Under the pieces are notes generated by a model that saw nothing but the letters and a program-made list of their open reading frames with translations, was not told where the DNA came from and did no database searches. The position numbers were made by a program, and so were the translations under genes. From Eubacteriales bacterium (GTDB taxonomy: Bacteria; Bacillota; Clostridia; Oscillospirales; RGIG5299): a stretch of 59,622 bases of DNA. The stretch covers positions 1 through 59,622 of the forward strand of contig JAZQKU010000060.1 of NCBI GenBank assembly GCA_045542315.1, given 5' to 3'. Positions 18,640-29,493 of this stretch are shown piece after piece (the stretch's first letter is position 1; each line of letters opens with the position of its first letter).

Positions 18640-19407
18640 ATGGAAAAGTTTGTTGATCTTGCAAAAATAGTAAAGCTTAAGGAGCTTCGAAGCGGCCTTT
18701 TTCTCCTTTCATTTGAAAGCGCAAACATTGCAAAAAAAGCAAAATGCGGCCAGTTTGTTCACATAAAATGCTCCGAGTCGCTTTATTTAAGACGTCCCAT
18801 AAGCATTTATAACGTCGAGGGCGCCGTTGTTTCGGTCATCTTCGAGGTAAGAGGAAAGGGCACAAAGGCACTTTCCGAAATGAAGGAGGGCACCGTTATA
18901 GACGTGCTCGGCCCCTTGGGAATAGGCTACTCTCTTTCGGAATATAAGGGTAAAAAGGTCTGGCTTATCGGCGGCGGCATAGGAGTATTTCCGCTTTATA
19001 TGGCGGCAAAGGAATATAAAGAAAATTCCAAGGTGATATTAGGCTTCAAAAACGCCGCGGCCATTGCAACCGATAAGGAATTTGCGGCTACGGGCGCACC
19101 CACCTACGTCGTTACCGATGACGGAAGCAACGGTGAAAAGGGCTTTGTTACCGATAAATTCAAGGAGCTTTTAAAAGAAGAAAAGCCCGACGCGGTATTT
19201 TCCTGCGGCCCTATGGGAATGCTCAAGGGCGTTTACGAAATATGCAAGGAAAACGGAATCGACTGCGAGGTTTCCCTCGAGGAGAGAATGGGATGCGGAC
19301 TCGGCGCCTGCCTTTGCTGCGTAACTCCCGTCAAGGTTGCGGATACCACCGAAAACCTCACCGTCTGCAAGCACGGCCCCGTTTTCAAAGGCTCGGAGGT
19401 GTTTTAA
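18640..19407 (+). CDS. pyrK: Dihydroorotate dehydrogenase electron transfer subunit
   Basis: LRRPISI, GGGIG, EERMGCGLGACLCC...VCKHGPVF. Confidence 0.93.
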   Translation: MEKFVDLAKIVKLKELRSGLFLLSFESANIAKKAKCGQFVHIKCSESLYLRRPISIYNVEGAVVSVIFEVRGKGTKALSEMKEGTVIDVLGPLGIGYSLSEYKGKKVWLIGGGIGVFPLYMAAKEYKENSKVILGFKNAAAIATDKEFAATGAPTYVVTDDGSNGEKGFVTDKFKELLKEEKPDAVFSCGPMGMLKGVYEICKENGIDCEVSLEERMGCGLGACLCCVTPVKVADTTENLTVCKHGPVFKGSEVF

Positions 19408-20316
19408 ATGATCGATATGTCGGTAACTATTGCGGGTGTCACTCTTAAAAATCCCGTGATCGTATCCTCCGGTTGCTTTGCATTCGGAAGGGAATATAAC
19501 GAATTTTATCCCGTTTCGGAGCTTGGCGCCATTGCGTCAAAGGGTCTTACCTATCAGAAAAGGCTCGGAAATCCCGCGCCGAGAATTGCAGAGACCCCTA
19601 TGGGACTTCTCAATTCGGTAGGCCTTCAGAATCCGGGTATTGAGGATTTTGTAAAATACGAGCTTCCCTTTATGGAGGAGGCGGGAGCAACCGTTATTGC
19701 AAACATTGCGGGAAAGACGGTTTCGGAATTTGCCAAAATGGCGGAGATCCTTGACGAAACCTCCGTTTCGATGATAGAGCTTAACGTTTCCTGCCCCAAC
19801 GTTGCGGCAGGCGGAATGGCATTCGGCGTAAGCTGTGACGCCGTTTCCGAAATAACCGCGCTCGTAAGAAAAAGCACCAAAAAGCCAATAATCGTAAAGC
19901 TTTCCCCCAACGTCACCTCGGTTGCCGAAATAGCCAAGGCGGCAGAGGGTGCGGGAGCGGACTGTATCTCTCTTATAAATACTCTTCTCGGAATGAGAAT
20001 AAATATAAATACCCGCCGTCCCGTTTTGAGAAACAATACGGGCGGTCTTTCGGGACCTGCTGTATTTCCCGTTGCGGTAAGAATGGTAAGGGACGTATAT
20101 AAGGCCGTAAAGCTCCCGATAATCGGTATGGGCGGTATTTCAACAGCGGAGGATGCCGTTGAAATGATGATAGCGGGCGCCACGGCAATATCGGTGGGAA
20201 GCGCCAACCTTGTTGATCCCTACGCCGCATATTCCGTCGTAAACGACCTTAAAGAGTATTTTGAGAAAAATAACTTAAAGCCGTCTGACCTGACGGGAAG
20301 TCTTATTGAATACTGA
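19408..20316 (+). CDS. pyrD: Dihydroorotate dehydrogenase 1B catalytic subunit
   Basis: NSVGLQNPG, ELNVSCPN, KLSPN, GGLSG. Confidence 0.95.
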   Translation: MIDMSVTIAGVTLKNPVIVSSGCFAFGREYNEFYPVSELGAIASKGLTYQKRLGNPAPRIAETPMGLLNSVGLQNPGIEDFVKYELPFMEEAGATVIANIAGKTVSEFAKMAEILDETSVSMIELNVSCPNVAAGGMAFGVSCDAVSEITALVRKSTKKPIIVKLSPNVTSVAEIAKAAEGAGADCISLINTLLGMRININTRRPVLRNNTGGLSGPAVFPVAVRMVRDVYKAVKLPIIGMGGISTAEDAVEMMIAGATAISVGSANLVDPYAAYSVVNDLKEYFEKNNLKPSDLTGSLIEY

Positions 20317-20324
20317 GGCGTAAA

Positions 20325-21251
20325 ATGATATACACATTTACTTTAAACCCCTGCATAGATAAGACCTATACCGTTGAAAATCTGAAGGAGGGAGGCTTTA
20401 CGCGAGCCGTCTCCTCCCGTGTGGATTTAAGCGGAAAGGGAATAAACGTATCCTTGGATCTTGCGGTGCTCGGCTTGAAAAGCGTTGCCACCGGTTTTAT
20501 GGGAGAGGCAGATATACCCCGTTACAAAAAGCACCTTGAAAGCTACGGCGTTACTCCTGCCTTCGTTCCGATAAACGGCGAGGTGAGAATAAACTGCAAG
20601 ATAATCGACAGAAAAAGCGGAATGCAGACCGACGTAAACGAGTCGGGTGTCGGAATAACCGACGGTGACAAGCAAAAGCTTTACGATTTCATTTCGGGCA
20701 TATCAAACGGCGACACTGTAATAATCTCCGGCTCTGCCCCCTTTGGATTTACCCCCCGCGACCTCGATGCATTTGTCACGCAGTTTAAGGCGCGCGGCAC
20801 AAGGGTAATAATAGATATGGAGAAAAAAGGGCTTGAGATCGCCGAGAAGCACGGCGTTTTTGCAATCAAGCCAAACTATAACGAATTTTGCGAATATATC
20901 GGCATAGAGCCCGACAGCTTAAACGAAATAGCCGCTGCCGCAATGAAAAAGGCAGAGAGCATTTCAAACGTAATCGTTTCTCTCGGCGAGGAGGGCGCGG
21001 TTTTCGCAACGAGGACCGAGGCCTATCACGCAGCGGCCAAGGACGTAAGCTGCCTTTCCACAACGGGTGCGGGCGATGCGCTTCTTTCGGGCTTTATCTA
21101 CGGCGCTTTTTCGGGAAAAAGCTATAAGGACAGCGTAAAATGGGCTGTTGCCACTGCATCTGCGAAGGTCGGCGAGGAGGGCACAAGACCTCCCGAATTT
21201 GAAAATATCGAGAAATTTCTGAATAACGTAACCGTAACTCAAATAAGATAA
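20325..21251 (+). CDS. 1-phosphofructokinase-family (PfkB) hexose kinase
   Basis: TLNPCID, GKGINVS, IKPN, TTGAGD. Confidence 0.9.
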   Translation: MIYTFTLNPCIDKTYTVENLKEGGFTRAVSSRVDLSGKGINVSLDLAVLGLKSVATGFMGEADIPRYKKHLESYGVTPAFVPINGEVRINCKIIDRKSGMQTDVNESGVGITDGDKQKLYDFISGISNGDTVIISGSAPFGFTPRDLDAFVTQFKARGTRVIIDMEKKGLEIAEKHGVFAIKPNYNEFCEYIGIEPDSLNEIAAAAMKKAESISNVIVSLGEEGAVFATRTEAYHAAAKDVSCLSTTGAGDALLSGFIYGAFSGKSYKDSVKWAVATASAKVGEEGTRPPEFENIEKFLNNVTVTQIR

Positions 21252-21265
21252 AAGGAGAGCCTGCA

Positions 21266-22204
21266 ATGAACTTACCTTCACTTTTCGTTAAACTTTCAGA
21301 GGTAGCAAAGGAATTTGAATTAAAGGGAATAGTCCTTCCCGAAAATTGGGAGGAAATAAAGGTAACCACGAGCGAGGTAAACCGTCCCGGCCTTGAATTT
21401 GACGGATATCTCGGGCACTTCGACAGCCTCCGACTTCAGATAGTCGGCAGCGTCGAGCACTATTATTTAAAGGAGCTCACCCCCGAAAAACGTTATCAAA
21501 GCTGCCTCACGCTTTTTAAGCAGGGCTTTCCCGCCCTCATCATCACAAGTGAAAGAGAGCCCTTCCCCGAGATGATTCAGGCGGCAACCGAAACAAACAT
21601 TCCTCTCTTTACCGTAAAAAATACGGCGTCGGAGCTTATGGCAAACATTATTTCGAGCCTTCGTGTAAAGCTTGCCGAAAGAATAACCCGCCACGGCGTT
21701 CTGGTTGAGGTTTACGGCGAGGGAATACTCTTACTCGGCGAAAGCGGCGTAGGTAAAAGTGAAACGGCAATGGAGCTTTTGAAAAGAGGTCACCGCCTTA
21801 TCGCCGACGATGCGGTTGAGATCAAAAAGGTTTCAAACAAAACTCTCGTAGGCTCCTCGCCCGATATAATCAGACATCTTATTGAGCTTCGCGGAATAGG
21901 AATAGTTGACGTGCGCCGCCTTTTCGGTATGGGTGCCGTAAAGGAAAGCGAAAAGCTCGACCTCGTTATAAACCTTGAAATATGGGACGAAAACGCTCAC
22001 TATGACCGCTTCGGTCTTGAGGAGCAATACACCGAGATACTCGGCTTGAACGTTCCCAGCCTTAAAATCCCCGTGCGTCCCGGCAGAAACCTTGCTATGA
22101 TAATCGAGGTAGCCGCTATGAACAACCGACTCAAGAAAATGGGCTATAACTCCGCACAGGAGCTCAATAAAAGACTTATGGCGGAGTATGAATCAAATCT
22201 CTGA
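21266..22204 (+). CDS. hprK: HPr(Ser) kinase/phosphorylase
   Basis: NRPGL, GESGVGKSE, LIADD, ELRGIGI, PVRPGRN. Confidence 0.96.
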   Translation: MNLPSLFVKLSEVAKEFELKGIVLPENWEEIKVTTSEVNRPGLEFDGYLGHFDSLRLQIVGSVEHYYLKELTPEKRYQSCLTLFKQGFPALIITSEREPFPEMIQAATETNIPLFTVKNTASELMANIISSLRVKLAERITRHGVLVEVYGEGILLLGESGVGKSETAMELLKRGHRLIADDAVEIKKVSNKTLVGSSPDIIRHLIELRGIGIVDVRRLFGMGAVKESEKLDLVINLEIWDENAHYDRFGLEEQYTEILGLNVPSLKIPVRPGRNLAMIIEVAAMNNRLKKMGYNSAQELNKRLMAEYESNL

Positions 22205-22223
22205 TAAAAACGGGTGACTGTAA

Positions 22224-23111
22224 ATGTCATATGCCACAATATTACAAACAAACGGAATAGCATTTTTGGAAAATGAGCCTTCATTGACACACGTGTCAAT
22301 GAAAGCGGGCGGAAAAATAAAATATTTCGTTATCCCGAAAACCGTAGATGAGGCAGTTTACGCCTTTTCTGCCGCAGCTGCGGCAGATGTAAAGGCAATG
22401 TTTTTCGGAAACGGAACCAACACCGTCTTTTCCGATAACGGCTTTGACGGCGCGGTTATCTCGACCAAGGAGCTTAAAGAGATAACGGTAAACGGCAACG
22501 AAATAACCGCCGAATGCGGTGCGCTCCTTTCGCGTCTTGCAACCGTCGCGGCAGATGCATCTCTTACAGGTCTTGAATTTGCCCACGGAATCCCCGGCTC
22601 GGTAGGCGGCGCGGTCTTTATGAATGCAGGCGCCTACGGCGGCGAAATGAAGGATGTTTTAAAATCCGTTACACTTTTCGACGGAAGCAACGTGAAAACC
22701 GTAAATGCCGATGAAATATTCTTCGGCTATCGCGAAACCGATTTTTCCAACCACGGCTGGCTCGTGCTTTCGGCAACCTTTTTGCTGAAAAAGGGTAATC
22801 AAACCGAAATAAAGGAAAAAATGAAGGAGCTTGCCGCTCTTCGCCGTGAAAAGCAGCCGCTTGAGCTACCGTCCTGCGGGTCGGCGTTTAAGCGACCCGA
22901 GGGGCATTTTGCGGGAAAGCTTATCGAGGACGCAGGCTTAAAGGGCTTTACTGTCGGAAATATGCAGGTTTCAAAAAAGCACGCGGGCTTTATCGTCAAT
23001 ATCGGCGGCGGCACCGAAACGGAGCTTGAAGAGATAATAGAAAAAGTAACGGAAAAGGTATATGAAAAATTCGGGGTAACACTTAAGCCTGAAATAAGAA
23101 TTATAAGATAA
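22224..23111 (+). CDS. murB: UDP-N-acetylenolpyruvoylglucosamine reductase
   Basis: GIPGSVGGAVFMNAGAYGGE, PSCGSAFKRP, KHAGF. Confidence 0.95.
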   Translation: MSYATILQTNGIAFLENEPSLTHVSMKAGGKIKYFVIPKTVDEAVYAFSAAAAADVKAMFFGNGTNTVFSDNGFDGAVISTKELKEITVNGNEITAECGALLSRLATVAADASLTGLEFAHGIPGSVGGAVFMNAGAYGGEMKDVLKSVTLFDGSNVKTVNADEIFFGYRETDFSNHGWLVLSATFLLKKGNQTEIKEKMKELAALRREKQPLELPSCGSAFKRPEGHFAGKLIEDAGLKGFTVGNMQVSKKHAGFIVNIGGGTETELEEIIEKVTEKVYEKFGVTLKPEIRIIR

Positions 23112-23137
23112 ACGCACAGGAAAAGGACTGACAAATT

Positions 23138-23995
23138 ATGAAGCTTGTTATTATAACGGGAATGTCGGGAGCGGGAAAAAGCCGCGCCGTTGAAGCAATG
23201 GAGGATATGGACTTCTATTGTGTTGACAATATGCCGCTTGACTTTCTTCTGAAATTCACCGAAATATGTCTTGGCTCGCAGGATAAATTTTCAAAGGTAG
23301 CGCTCGTTACCGACATTCGCTCGGGTAACGATTTTGAAACCTTTATAAGTGACCTCTCTGCAATAAGAAAGATGGGTGTCGATTACAACCTTCTTTATAT
23401 AGATGCCGACGATGAAACGATAGTAAAGCGCTATAAGGAAACCCGCCGCCGCCATCCGCTTGAAATAGACGGTGCAAAGGGCGGAATAAGAGAGCTTATT
23501 GCAAGCGAGCGTAAGATCCTTATGCCCCTTTACGATCACGCCGACAAGATACTCGATACCTCCTATTACACACCTGCGCGTCTTAAGGAGGAAATACTCA
23601 ATATCTACTCCGACGGCGAAAACAAGATAGTAATAAACGTCAGCTCCTTTGGCTATAAATACGGCATACCCACCGAGGCGGATATGGTTTTCGACGTAAG
23701 ATGCCTCCCCAATCCCTACTACGATTACAACCTCAAATACAAAACGGGACTTGAGAAGGAAGTAAGAGATTTCGTAATGGGCTACAGCTGCTCAAAGCGT
23801 TATTTCGATAAGATCTGCGATATGGTGACCTTCTTGAAGCCTCTCTTCAAGGAAGAGGGAAAATCGGTAATAAATATAGCAATAGGCTGTACCGGCGGAA
23901 AACACCGTTCTGTAACCTTTGCAAGGCTTCTTTGCGATTACCTCACTGAAAAGGGTAACGCGGTAAGCGAGATACACAGAGATATATCAAGATAA
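23138..23995 (+). CDS. rapZ: RNase adapter RapZ / YvcJ P-loop protein
   Basis: GMSGAGKS, RYKETRRRHP, SFGYKYG, DVRCLPNP, GCTGGKHRS. Confidence 0.95.
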   Translation: MKLVIITGMSGAGKSRAVEAMEDMDFYCVDNMPLDFLLKFTEICLGSQDKFSKVALVTDIRSGNDFETFISDLSAIRKMGVDYNLLYIDADDETIVKRYKETRRRHPLEIDGAKGGIRELIASERKILMPLYDHADKILDTSYYTPARLKEEILNIYSDGENKIVINVSSFGYKYGIPTEADMVFDVRCLPNPYYDYNLKYKTGLEKEVRDFVMGYSCSKRYFDKICDMVTFLKPLFKEEGKSVINIAIGCTGGKHRSVTFARLLCDYLTEKGNAVSEIHRDISR

Positions 23996-24006
23996 GGAAA
24001 GATAAA

Positions 24007-24909
24007 ATGACGTTTTCGGGAAGATTAAAGGAAGAGCTTTCAAAATCTCACGCGAAAACCTGCTGCAAAACGGCAGGTCTTTTCGGTATGCTTTTATTCT
24101 CCTCCGAGTTTTCCGAAAAAAAGCTTCGCACGGTAACCGCATCAAAGACGGTTGCAAAAAGAATGTGCGACGATATGAAGGTGCTTTTCGGATTTACTCC
24201 GGAGGTAAAGAGGTCGGCAAGAAAAGATAAGGATTACTATATCGTCACCGTAAGCGACGAAGCCAAGCTTTCCGCAATGATGAAGAAGTTTTACCCCGGC
24301 GACGTTAAAAAGGGCGGCATAAACTATATGCTCTTGCAAAACGAATGCGATAAGCTTGCATTTATACGCGGCGCCTTCTTAACGGGCGGCACCGTAACCG
24401 ACCCCGCAAAAAAGAACTATTATTTGGATTTCACAACCTCGAGCTTAAAGCTTTCGGAGGAGCTTGTAACGCTTCTTTCGGAATACGAGCTTTCCCCGAA
24501 GACGCTTCTTCGCCGCGGTGTGAGAGTAATATATTTCAAGGGCGGCGAAAATATCGAGGCTGTGCTTCAGACTATGGGTGCCTTCCAAAGCTATTTTGAA
24601 TTCGTTAACACCCGAATAGAAAAGGATATGCAAAACGATTTGAACCGCGTAATGAACTGCGACAGCGGCAACACCAAAAAGAGCCGCGAGGCATCTCTTA
24701 AGCAGATAGAGGCAATAAATCTTTTGAAAAAGACAGACCGCCTTTCGGGACTTCCCGACGACCTTAAAAGCCTTGCTCTTTTGCGACTTGAAAACGAGGA
24801 TTTAAGCATAACGGAGCTCGGAAAGCTTTGCGACCCGAAGCTCTCGAAAACCGCGGTATATACAAGACTTTGCCGCCTCGTTGAGATTGCCTCCAAAATA
24901 TCACAGTAA
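24007..24909 (+). CDS. whiA: DNA-binding protein WhiA
   Basis: FIRGAFLTGG, NRVMNCDSGN, C-terminal HTH; follows rapZ. Confidence 0.9.
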   Translation: MTFSGRLKEELSKSHAKTCCKTAGLFGMLLFSSEFSEKKLRTVTASKTVAKRMCDDMKVLFGFTPEVKRSARKDKDYYIVTVSDEAKLSAMMKKFYPGDVKKGGINYMLLQNECDKLAFIRGAFLTGGTVTDPAKKNYYLDFTTSSLKLSEELVTLLSEYELSPKTLLRRGVRVIYFKGGENIEAVLQTMGAFQSYFEFVNTRIEKDMQNDLNRVMNCDSGNTKKSREASLKQIEAINLLKKTDRLSGLPDDLKSLALLRLENEDLSITELGKLCDPKLSKTAVYTRLCRLVEIASKISQ

Positions 24910-24921
24910 AGGGAAAGAAAA

Positions 24922-27900
24922 ATGAAGGATTTCGTTCATCTTCACGTTCACAGCGAATTTTCATTGCTTGACGGCGCCTGTAAAACAGACAGGCTTATTT
25001 CCCGTGTAAAGGAGCTCGGACAGAAGGCTGTGGCGGTAACCGACCACGGCGTAATGAACGGCGCCATCGAGTTTTATAATCTTGCGAAAAAAGAGGGAAT
25101 AAAGCCCATAATCGGTTGCGAGGTCTACGTTACTCGCGGAAGCAGACACGACAGAAAAATCTCCCGCACGGGCGACTATAACCATTTGATACTCCTTGCA
25201 AAAAATATGGAGGGCTATAAAAACTTGATTCGCCTCGTGTCACTCGGCTTTACCGAGGGCTACTACTATAAGCCCCGCGTCGATAACGAGTTACTTTCAA
25301 AATATTCAAACGGAATAATCTGCTCATCTGCCTGCCTTGCAGGCGCAATTCCGCAGTATCTTCTCTCAAATAACTACGAAGAAGCAAAAAAGCAGGCGGA
25401 GCTTTACGCAAATATATTCAAGGATGGCTTCTACCTCGAGCTTCAAGACCATAACTATCCCGAGCAAAAAGAGGTAAACACAGGGCTTATCCGCCTCTCG
25501 AAGGAGCTTTCGCTCCCTCTTATTGCCACCAACGACGCTCACTATATAAGCAAATCCGATGCAAGGCTTCAGAATATTCTGCTTTGCGTTCAAACCGGCA
25601 AAACGGTTGAAGAAGGCTCCGGAATGGGCTTTATGACCGACGAATTTTATTTAAAATCCACCGAGGAGATGAGCGAGCTTTTTGCCGCAACTCCGGAGGC
25701 GATAGAAAACACCGCAAAAATTGCCGACGAAATAGAGCTTGAGCTTGATTTCAAAAAGGTCTACCTTCCGAAATTCCCCCTGCCCGATGGGGTCGACAGA
25801 AACAGTCACTTCCGCGAGCTTTGCGAAAAGGGGTTAAACGAGCGCTACGGAGAGGAAGCAAAAGAGCATAAGGCGCGCCTTGATTATGAAATATCCGTAA
25901 TTGAAAAGATGGGCTACGTTGACTATTTTCTCATCGTTGCCGATTATATAAACTACGCAAAATCCAAGGGAATACCGGTAGGCCCCGGAAGAGGCTCGGC
26001 GGCGGGAAGCATAGTTTCCTACTGTATGAGGATAACCGATATCGACCCAATAAAATACAACCTCCTTTTTGAACGGTTTTTAAACCCCGAGCGCGTTTCG
26101 ATGCCCGATATTGACGTTGACTTTTGTGAAAGCCGCCGCGAGGAGGTATTGAAATACGTCGCCGAGAAATACGGTGAGGACCGCGTTGTGCAGATTGCAA
26201 CCTTCGGCACAATGAAGGCGCGAAGCGCGGTGCGCGACGTAGGCAGAGTTTTGGGAATGCCCTATCAGGACGTTGACACCGTTGCAAAAATGATACCCAA
26301 CGAGCTCGGTATGACTATTGAAAAGGCACTCAAAATGCCAAACTCCGACCTGAAAAAGGCAACGGAGGAAAGCCTTGAGGTAAACTCCCTCGTCACTGAC
26401 GCAATGGCGCTTGAGGGAATGCCCCGAAACATCTCAACCCACGCCGCAGGCGTGGTAATGGCAGATAAGCCCGTTTACGAGTACGTTCCCCTTATGCTTT
26501 CGAAGGACGCAACCGTAACCCAGTTCGCAATGGGCACCCTTGAAAAGCTCGGACTTCTTAAAATGGACTTTTTGGGTCTTCGAAACCTCACGGTAATAGA
26601 TAATGCCGTCAAGGAGATAAGAAAGACCGTTCCCGATTTCGATATAGCAAAGATACCCTTTGACGATAAGGCCACCTTTGAAATGCTTTCGCAGGGTCTT
26701 ACGAAGGGCGTCTTTCAGCTCGAGCAAGGCGGTATGACCAAAACCGTCGTAAGCTTCAAGCCCAAAACGCTTGAGGATATAATCGCGGTAATCGCGCTTT
26801 ACCGTCCCGGACCGATGGACTCTATTCCGAGATACCTTAAAAACCGTGAAAACCCCGATGAAATAGTCTATAAGCATCCGCTTTTGAAGCCGATACTCGA
26901 GGTCACCTACGGCTGCATCGTCTATCAGGAGCAGGTTATGCAGATCGTTCAGCGCCTTGCGGGCTACAGCTACGGCAGAGCCGACCTCGTGCGCCGAGCA
27001 ATGTCTAAAAAGAAGGCGGACGTAATGGTCGCCGAGCGTAAAAACTTCATTGAGGGCATAACCGATGAAAACGGCAACGTAACGGTAATGGGCACCCGCC
27101 GAAACGGCATACCCGACGACGTTGCAAACAGCATCTTCGATGAAATGGTATCGTTTGCCGAATATGCCTTCAATAAATCTCATGCCGCGGCATACGCATA
27201 TATTTCTTATCAGACGGCATATCTCAAACGCCACTTTATGAAGGAATATTACGCCGCACTTATGACGAGCGTCGTCGATAATCCCGATAAGATAATGCTT
27301 TACGCCGAGGAATGCAAGAGCTTCGGAATCGAGCTTTTGCCGCCCGACGTAAACGAATCGGAAAAGGTTTTTGCCGTTTCGGGTAAAAATATCCGCTTCG
27401 GCCTTGCCGCAATCAAAAACGTCGGTGAGGGCTTCGTTGAATCTATAATAAGAGAAAGGCGCCAAGGCGGACGTTACACGGATTTTTACGATTTTTGCCG
27501 CCGACTTTCGGGAAGCGAGATAAACAGTAAGGCGGTAGAGTGCTTAATAAGATGCGGCACCTTTGATTCGCTTCCGCAAAACCGCCGTCAGCTTATAGAA
27601 ACCTATCTGAAGATACTTTCCGATATCTCCCGCTCAGGCAGGGAAAACGCCGACGGACAGATGGACCTTTTCGGAGGCGGCGAGGGAATGACCCTTTCGG
27701 GAGTTGACTACCCCGATAAGCCCGAATACAGCCTTATCGAAAAGCTCACGATGGAAAAGGAGCTTACGGGACTTTATCTTACGGGTCACCCGATGTCCGA
27801 TTTTATCAAGGACGCTTCCAAAATAAAAACAGTCGGTATCGGCGCGGTGGTCGAGGCACTTTCGGGTGACGAGGAAGGCGGAGAGATAAGCTCCGAATTC

Positions 27901-28413
27901 AAGGACCGCGACAGAATTTCCGTTTGCGGCTTTATTACTTCTCTCAATATAAAGCTCACGAAGTCGGGCGGCAAAATGGCAATAATCCGACTTGAGGACC
28001 TTTCGGGCGGCATTGAAGCAATAATCTTCCCAAAGGTGCTTGAGAAATATTCGGGAATAATGCGCGCAGGCATTGCAATAAGAGCGCGCGGCGAGCTTTC
28101 GGTAAGAGAAAACGAGCCTCCGAAGATCATGATAAACGAGCTTGAAAGGCTTTTGAAAAACGAGGAGGTAGCCGACGAGCCTTCGTCGGAGCCCGAAAAG
28201 ACTCTTTACCTCCGTTTTACCAAAGAGGACTCTCCCGAATTCAAAATGGCATCGGAGCTTATTTGCGAGAGTAAGGGCAAAACAAGAGTCGTTGCGGTAA
28301 TAACCGAGCCCGAGCGAAAGAAGATAGCCTTCGGCGCAAGGGTGGAACCGAATGAGCTTTTGATAAGCCGTCTGAAGCAGATTTTGGGCGAATCGTCGGT
28401 AGTTTTGCAATAA
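24922..28413 (+). CDS. dnaE: DNA polymerase III alpha subunit
   Basis: HLHVHSEFSLLDG PHP domain, GRGSAAGS, MPDIDVDF, AFNKSH, OB fold. Confidence 0.97.
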   Translation: MKDFVHLHVHSEFSLLDGACKTDRLISRVKELGQKAVAVTDHGVMNGAIEFYNLAKKEGIKPIIGCEVYVTRGSRHDRKISRTGDYNHLILLAKNMEGYKNLIRLVSLGFTEGYYYKPRVDNELLSKYSNGIICSSACLAGAIPQYLLSNNYEEAKKQAELYANIFKDGFYLELQDHNYPEQKEVNTGLIRLSKELSLPLIATNDAHYISKSDARLQNILLCVQTGKTVEEGSGMGFMTDEFYLKSTEEMSELFAATPEAIENTAKIADEIELELDFKKVYLPKFPLPDGVDRNSHFRELCEKGLNERYGEEAKEHKARLDYEISVIEKMGYVDYFLIVADYINYAKSKGIPVGPGRGSAAGSIVSYCMRITDIDPIKYNLLFERFLNPERVSMPDIDVDFCESRREEVLKYVAEKYGEDRVVQIATFGTMKARSAVRDVGRVLGMPYQDVDTVAKMIPNELGMTIEKALKMPNSDLKKATEESLEVNSLVTDAMALEGMPRNISTHAAGVVMADKPVYEYVPLMLSKDATVTQFAMGTLEKLGLLKMDFLGLRNLTVIDNAVKEIRKTVPDFDIAKIPFDDKATFEMLSQGLTKGVFQLEQGGMTKTVVSFKPKTLEDIIAVIALYRPGPMDSIPRYLKNRENPDEIVYKHPLLKPILEVTYGCIVYQEQVMQIVQRLAGYSYGRADLVRRAMSKKKADVMVAERKNFIEGITDENGNVTVMGTRRNGIPDDVANSIFDEMVSFAEYAFNKSHAAAYAYISYQTAYLKRHFMKEYYAALMTSVVDNPDKIMLYAEECKSFGIELLPPDVNESEKVFAVSGKNIRFGLAAIKNVGEGFVESIIRERRQGGRYTDFYDFCRRLSGSEINSKAVECLIRCGTFDSLPQNRRQLIETYLKILSDISRSGRENADGQMDLFGGGEGMTLSGVDYPDKPEYSLIEKLTMEKELTGLYLTGHPMSDFIKDASKIKTVGIGAVVEALSGDEEGGEISSEFKDRDRISVCGFITSLNIKLTKSGGKMAIIRLEDLSGGIEAIIFPKVLEKYSGIMRAGIAIRARGELSVRENEPPKIMINELERLLKNEEVADEPSSEPEKTLYLRFTKEDSPEFKMASELICESKGKTRVVAVITEPERKKIAFGARVEPNELLISRLKQILGESSVVLQ

Positions 28414-28520
28414 AATGGCAAAAAAATAAAAATGTGGCTTAATTTTCACAGAAATTTCTTTTACTTGTAATAAAATATGTTGTATAATTATATATAAAGC
28501 AACAACGAAGGATGATAAAT

Positions 28521-29492
28521 ATGGCAGACAAAAAAGCAATAGCAGTACTCACAAGCGGCGGTGACGCACCCGGAATGAACGTAGCGGTACGTTCTGTGGT
28601 CCGCACGGCAATCGCAAAGGGCTTTACCGTTTACGGCGTAAAAGAAGGCTACTTCGGCCTTGTAAACGATATGTTTGAAGAGCTCACCTTGCGTTCGGTT
28701 TCCGACATTATAAACAGAGGAGGAACCTTCCTTCGCTCGGCACGTTGCCTCGAATTCAAAGAGGAATGGGCAATGCAGCAGGCAATCGAAAACTGCAAAA
28801 AGAGAAATATACTCGGACTTGTGGTTATCGGAGGCGACGGCTCCTTCCGCGGCGCAAAGGATCTTTCCGAAAGAGGTCTTCCCGCTGTCGGAATTCCCGC
28901 AACAATTGATAACGATATAAGCGCAAGTGAATATTCAATAGGCTTCGATACCGCGATAGATACCGTAATGGAAATGGCAGACAGGGTAAGAGACACCTCG
29001 GATTCCCATCTCCGTTGCGCCGTGCTCGAGGTTATGGGCCGCCACGCAGGCTGGCTTGCACTTGAAAGCGGTATCGCCGTAGGTGCATCGGCGATAGTGG
29101 TAGCCGAGGTCCCCTTTGATTTTGAAAAGGATATCGTAGAACCCTTCAAGAAGCATATTGCAAACGGCAAGCAGTGCTTTATCGTAGTAGTTGCCGAGGG
29201 TGTAGGCGGAAGCACCGAGCTTGCAAAGAAGATCGAAGCAGCAACGGGCATTGAAAGCCGCGCAACCATTCTCGGCCACGTTCAGCGCGGAGGCTCTCCC
29301 ACCGCAAAGGACCGTATCATTGCAACAAAGATGGGCCACTATGCGGTAGGACTTCTCGAAAAAAGAATCGGCAAGAGAGTAGTTGTAATGCGTGAGAACA
29401 AGATCACCGACCTTGATATTTTCGAAGCATTATCAATGAAAAAGCCCTTTGATATAGAGAGCTATAACATTGCAAAAGAAGTAAATATATAA
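28521..29492 (+). CDS. pfkA: 6-phosphofructokinase
   Basis: TSGGDAPGMN, GGDGS, TIDND, EVMGRH, GHVQRGG; start 28521 chosen by RBS (alternative 28512). Confidence 0.96.
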   Translation: MADKKAIAVLTSGGDAPGMNVAVRSVVRTAIAKGFTVYGVKEGYFGLVNDMFEELTLRSVSDIINRGGTFLRSARCLEFKEEWAMQQAIENCKKRNILGLVVIGGDGSFRGAKDLSERGLPAVGIPATIDNDISASEYSIGFDTAIDTVMEMADRVRDTSDSHLRCAVLEVMGRHAGWLALESGIAVGASAIVVAEVPFDFEKDIVEPFKKHIANGKQCFIVVVAEGVGGSTELAKKIEAATGIESRATILGHVQRGGSPTAKDRIIATKMGHYAVGLLEKRIGKRVVVMRENKITDLDIFEALSMKKPFDIESYNIAKEVNI

Positions 29493-29493
29493 A

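Noticed and set aside
24922..28413. Intein in DnaE
   Set aside because: Length is typical and no intein motifs are visible.
27634..28539. Long antisense ORFs (also 6198-7052, 11259-11978, 26434-27465, 44397-45122)
   Set aside because: They shadow well-supported genes on the opposite strand and show no RBS or motifs.
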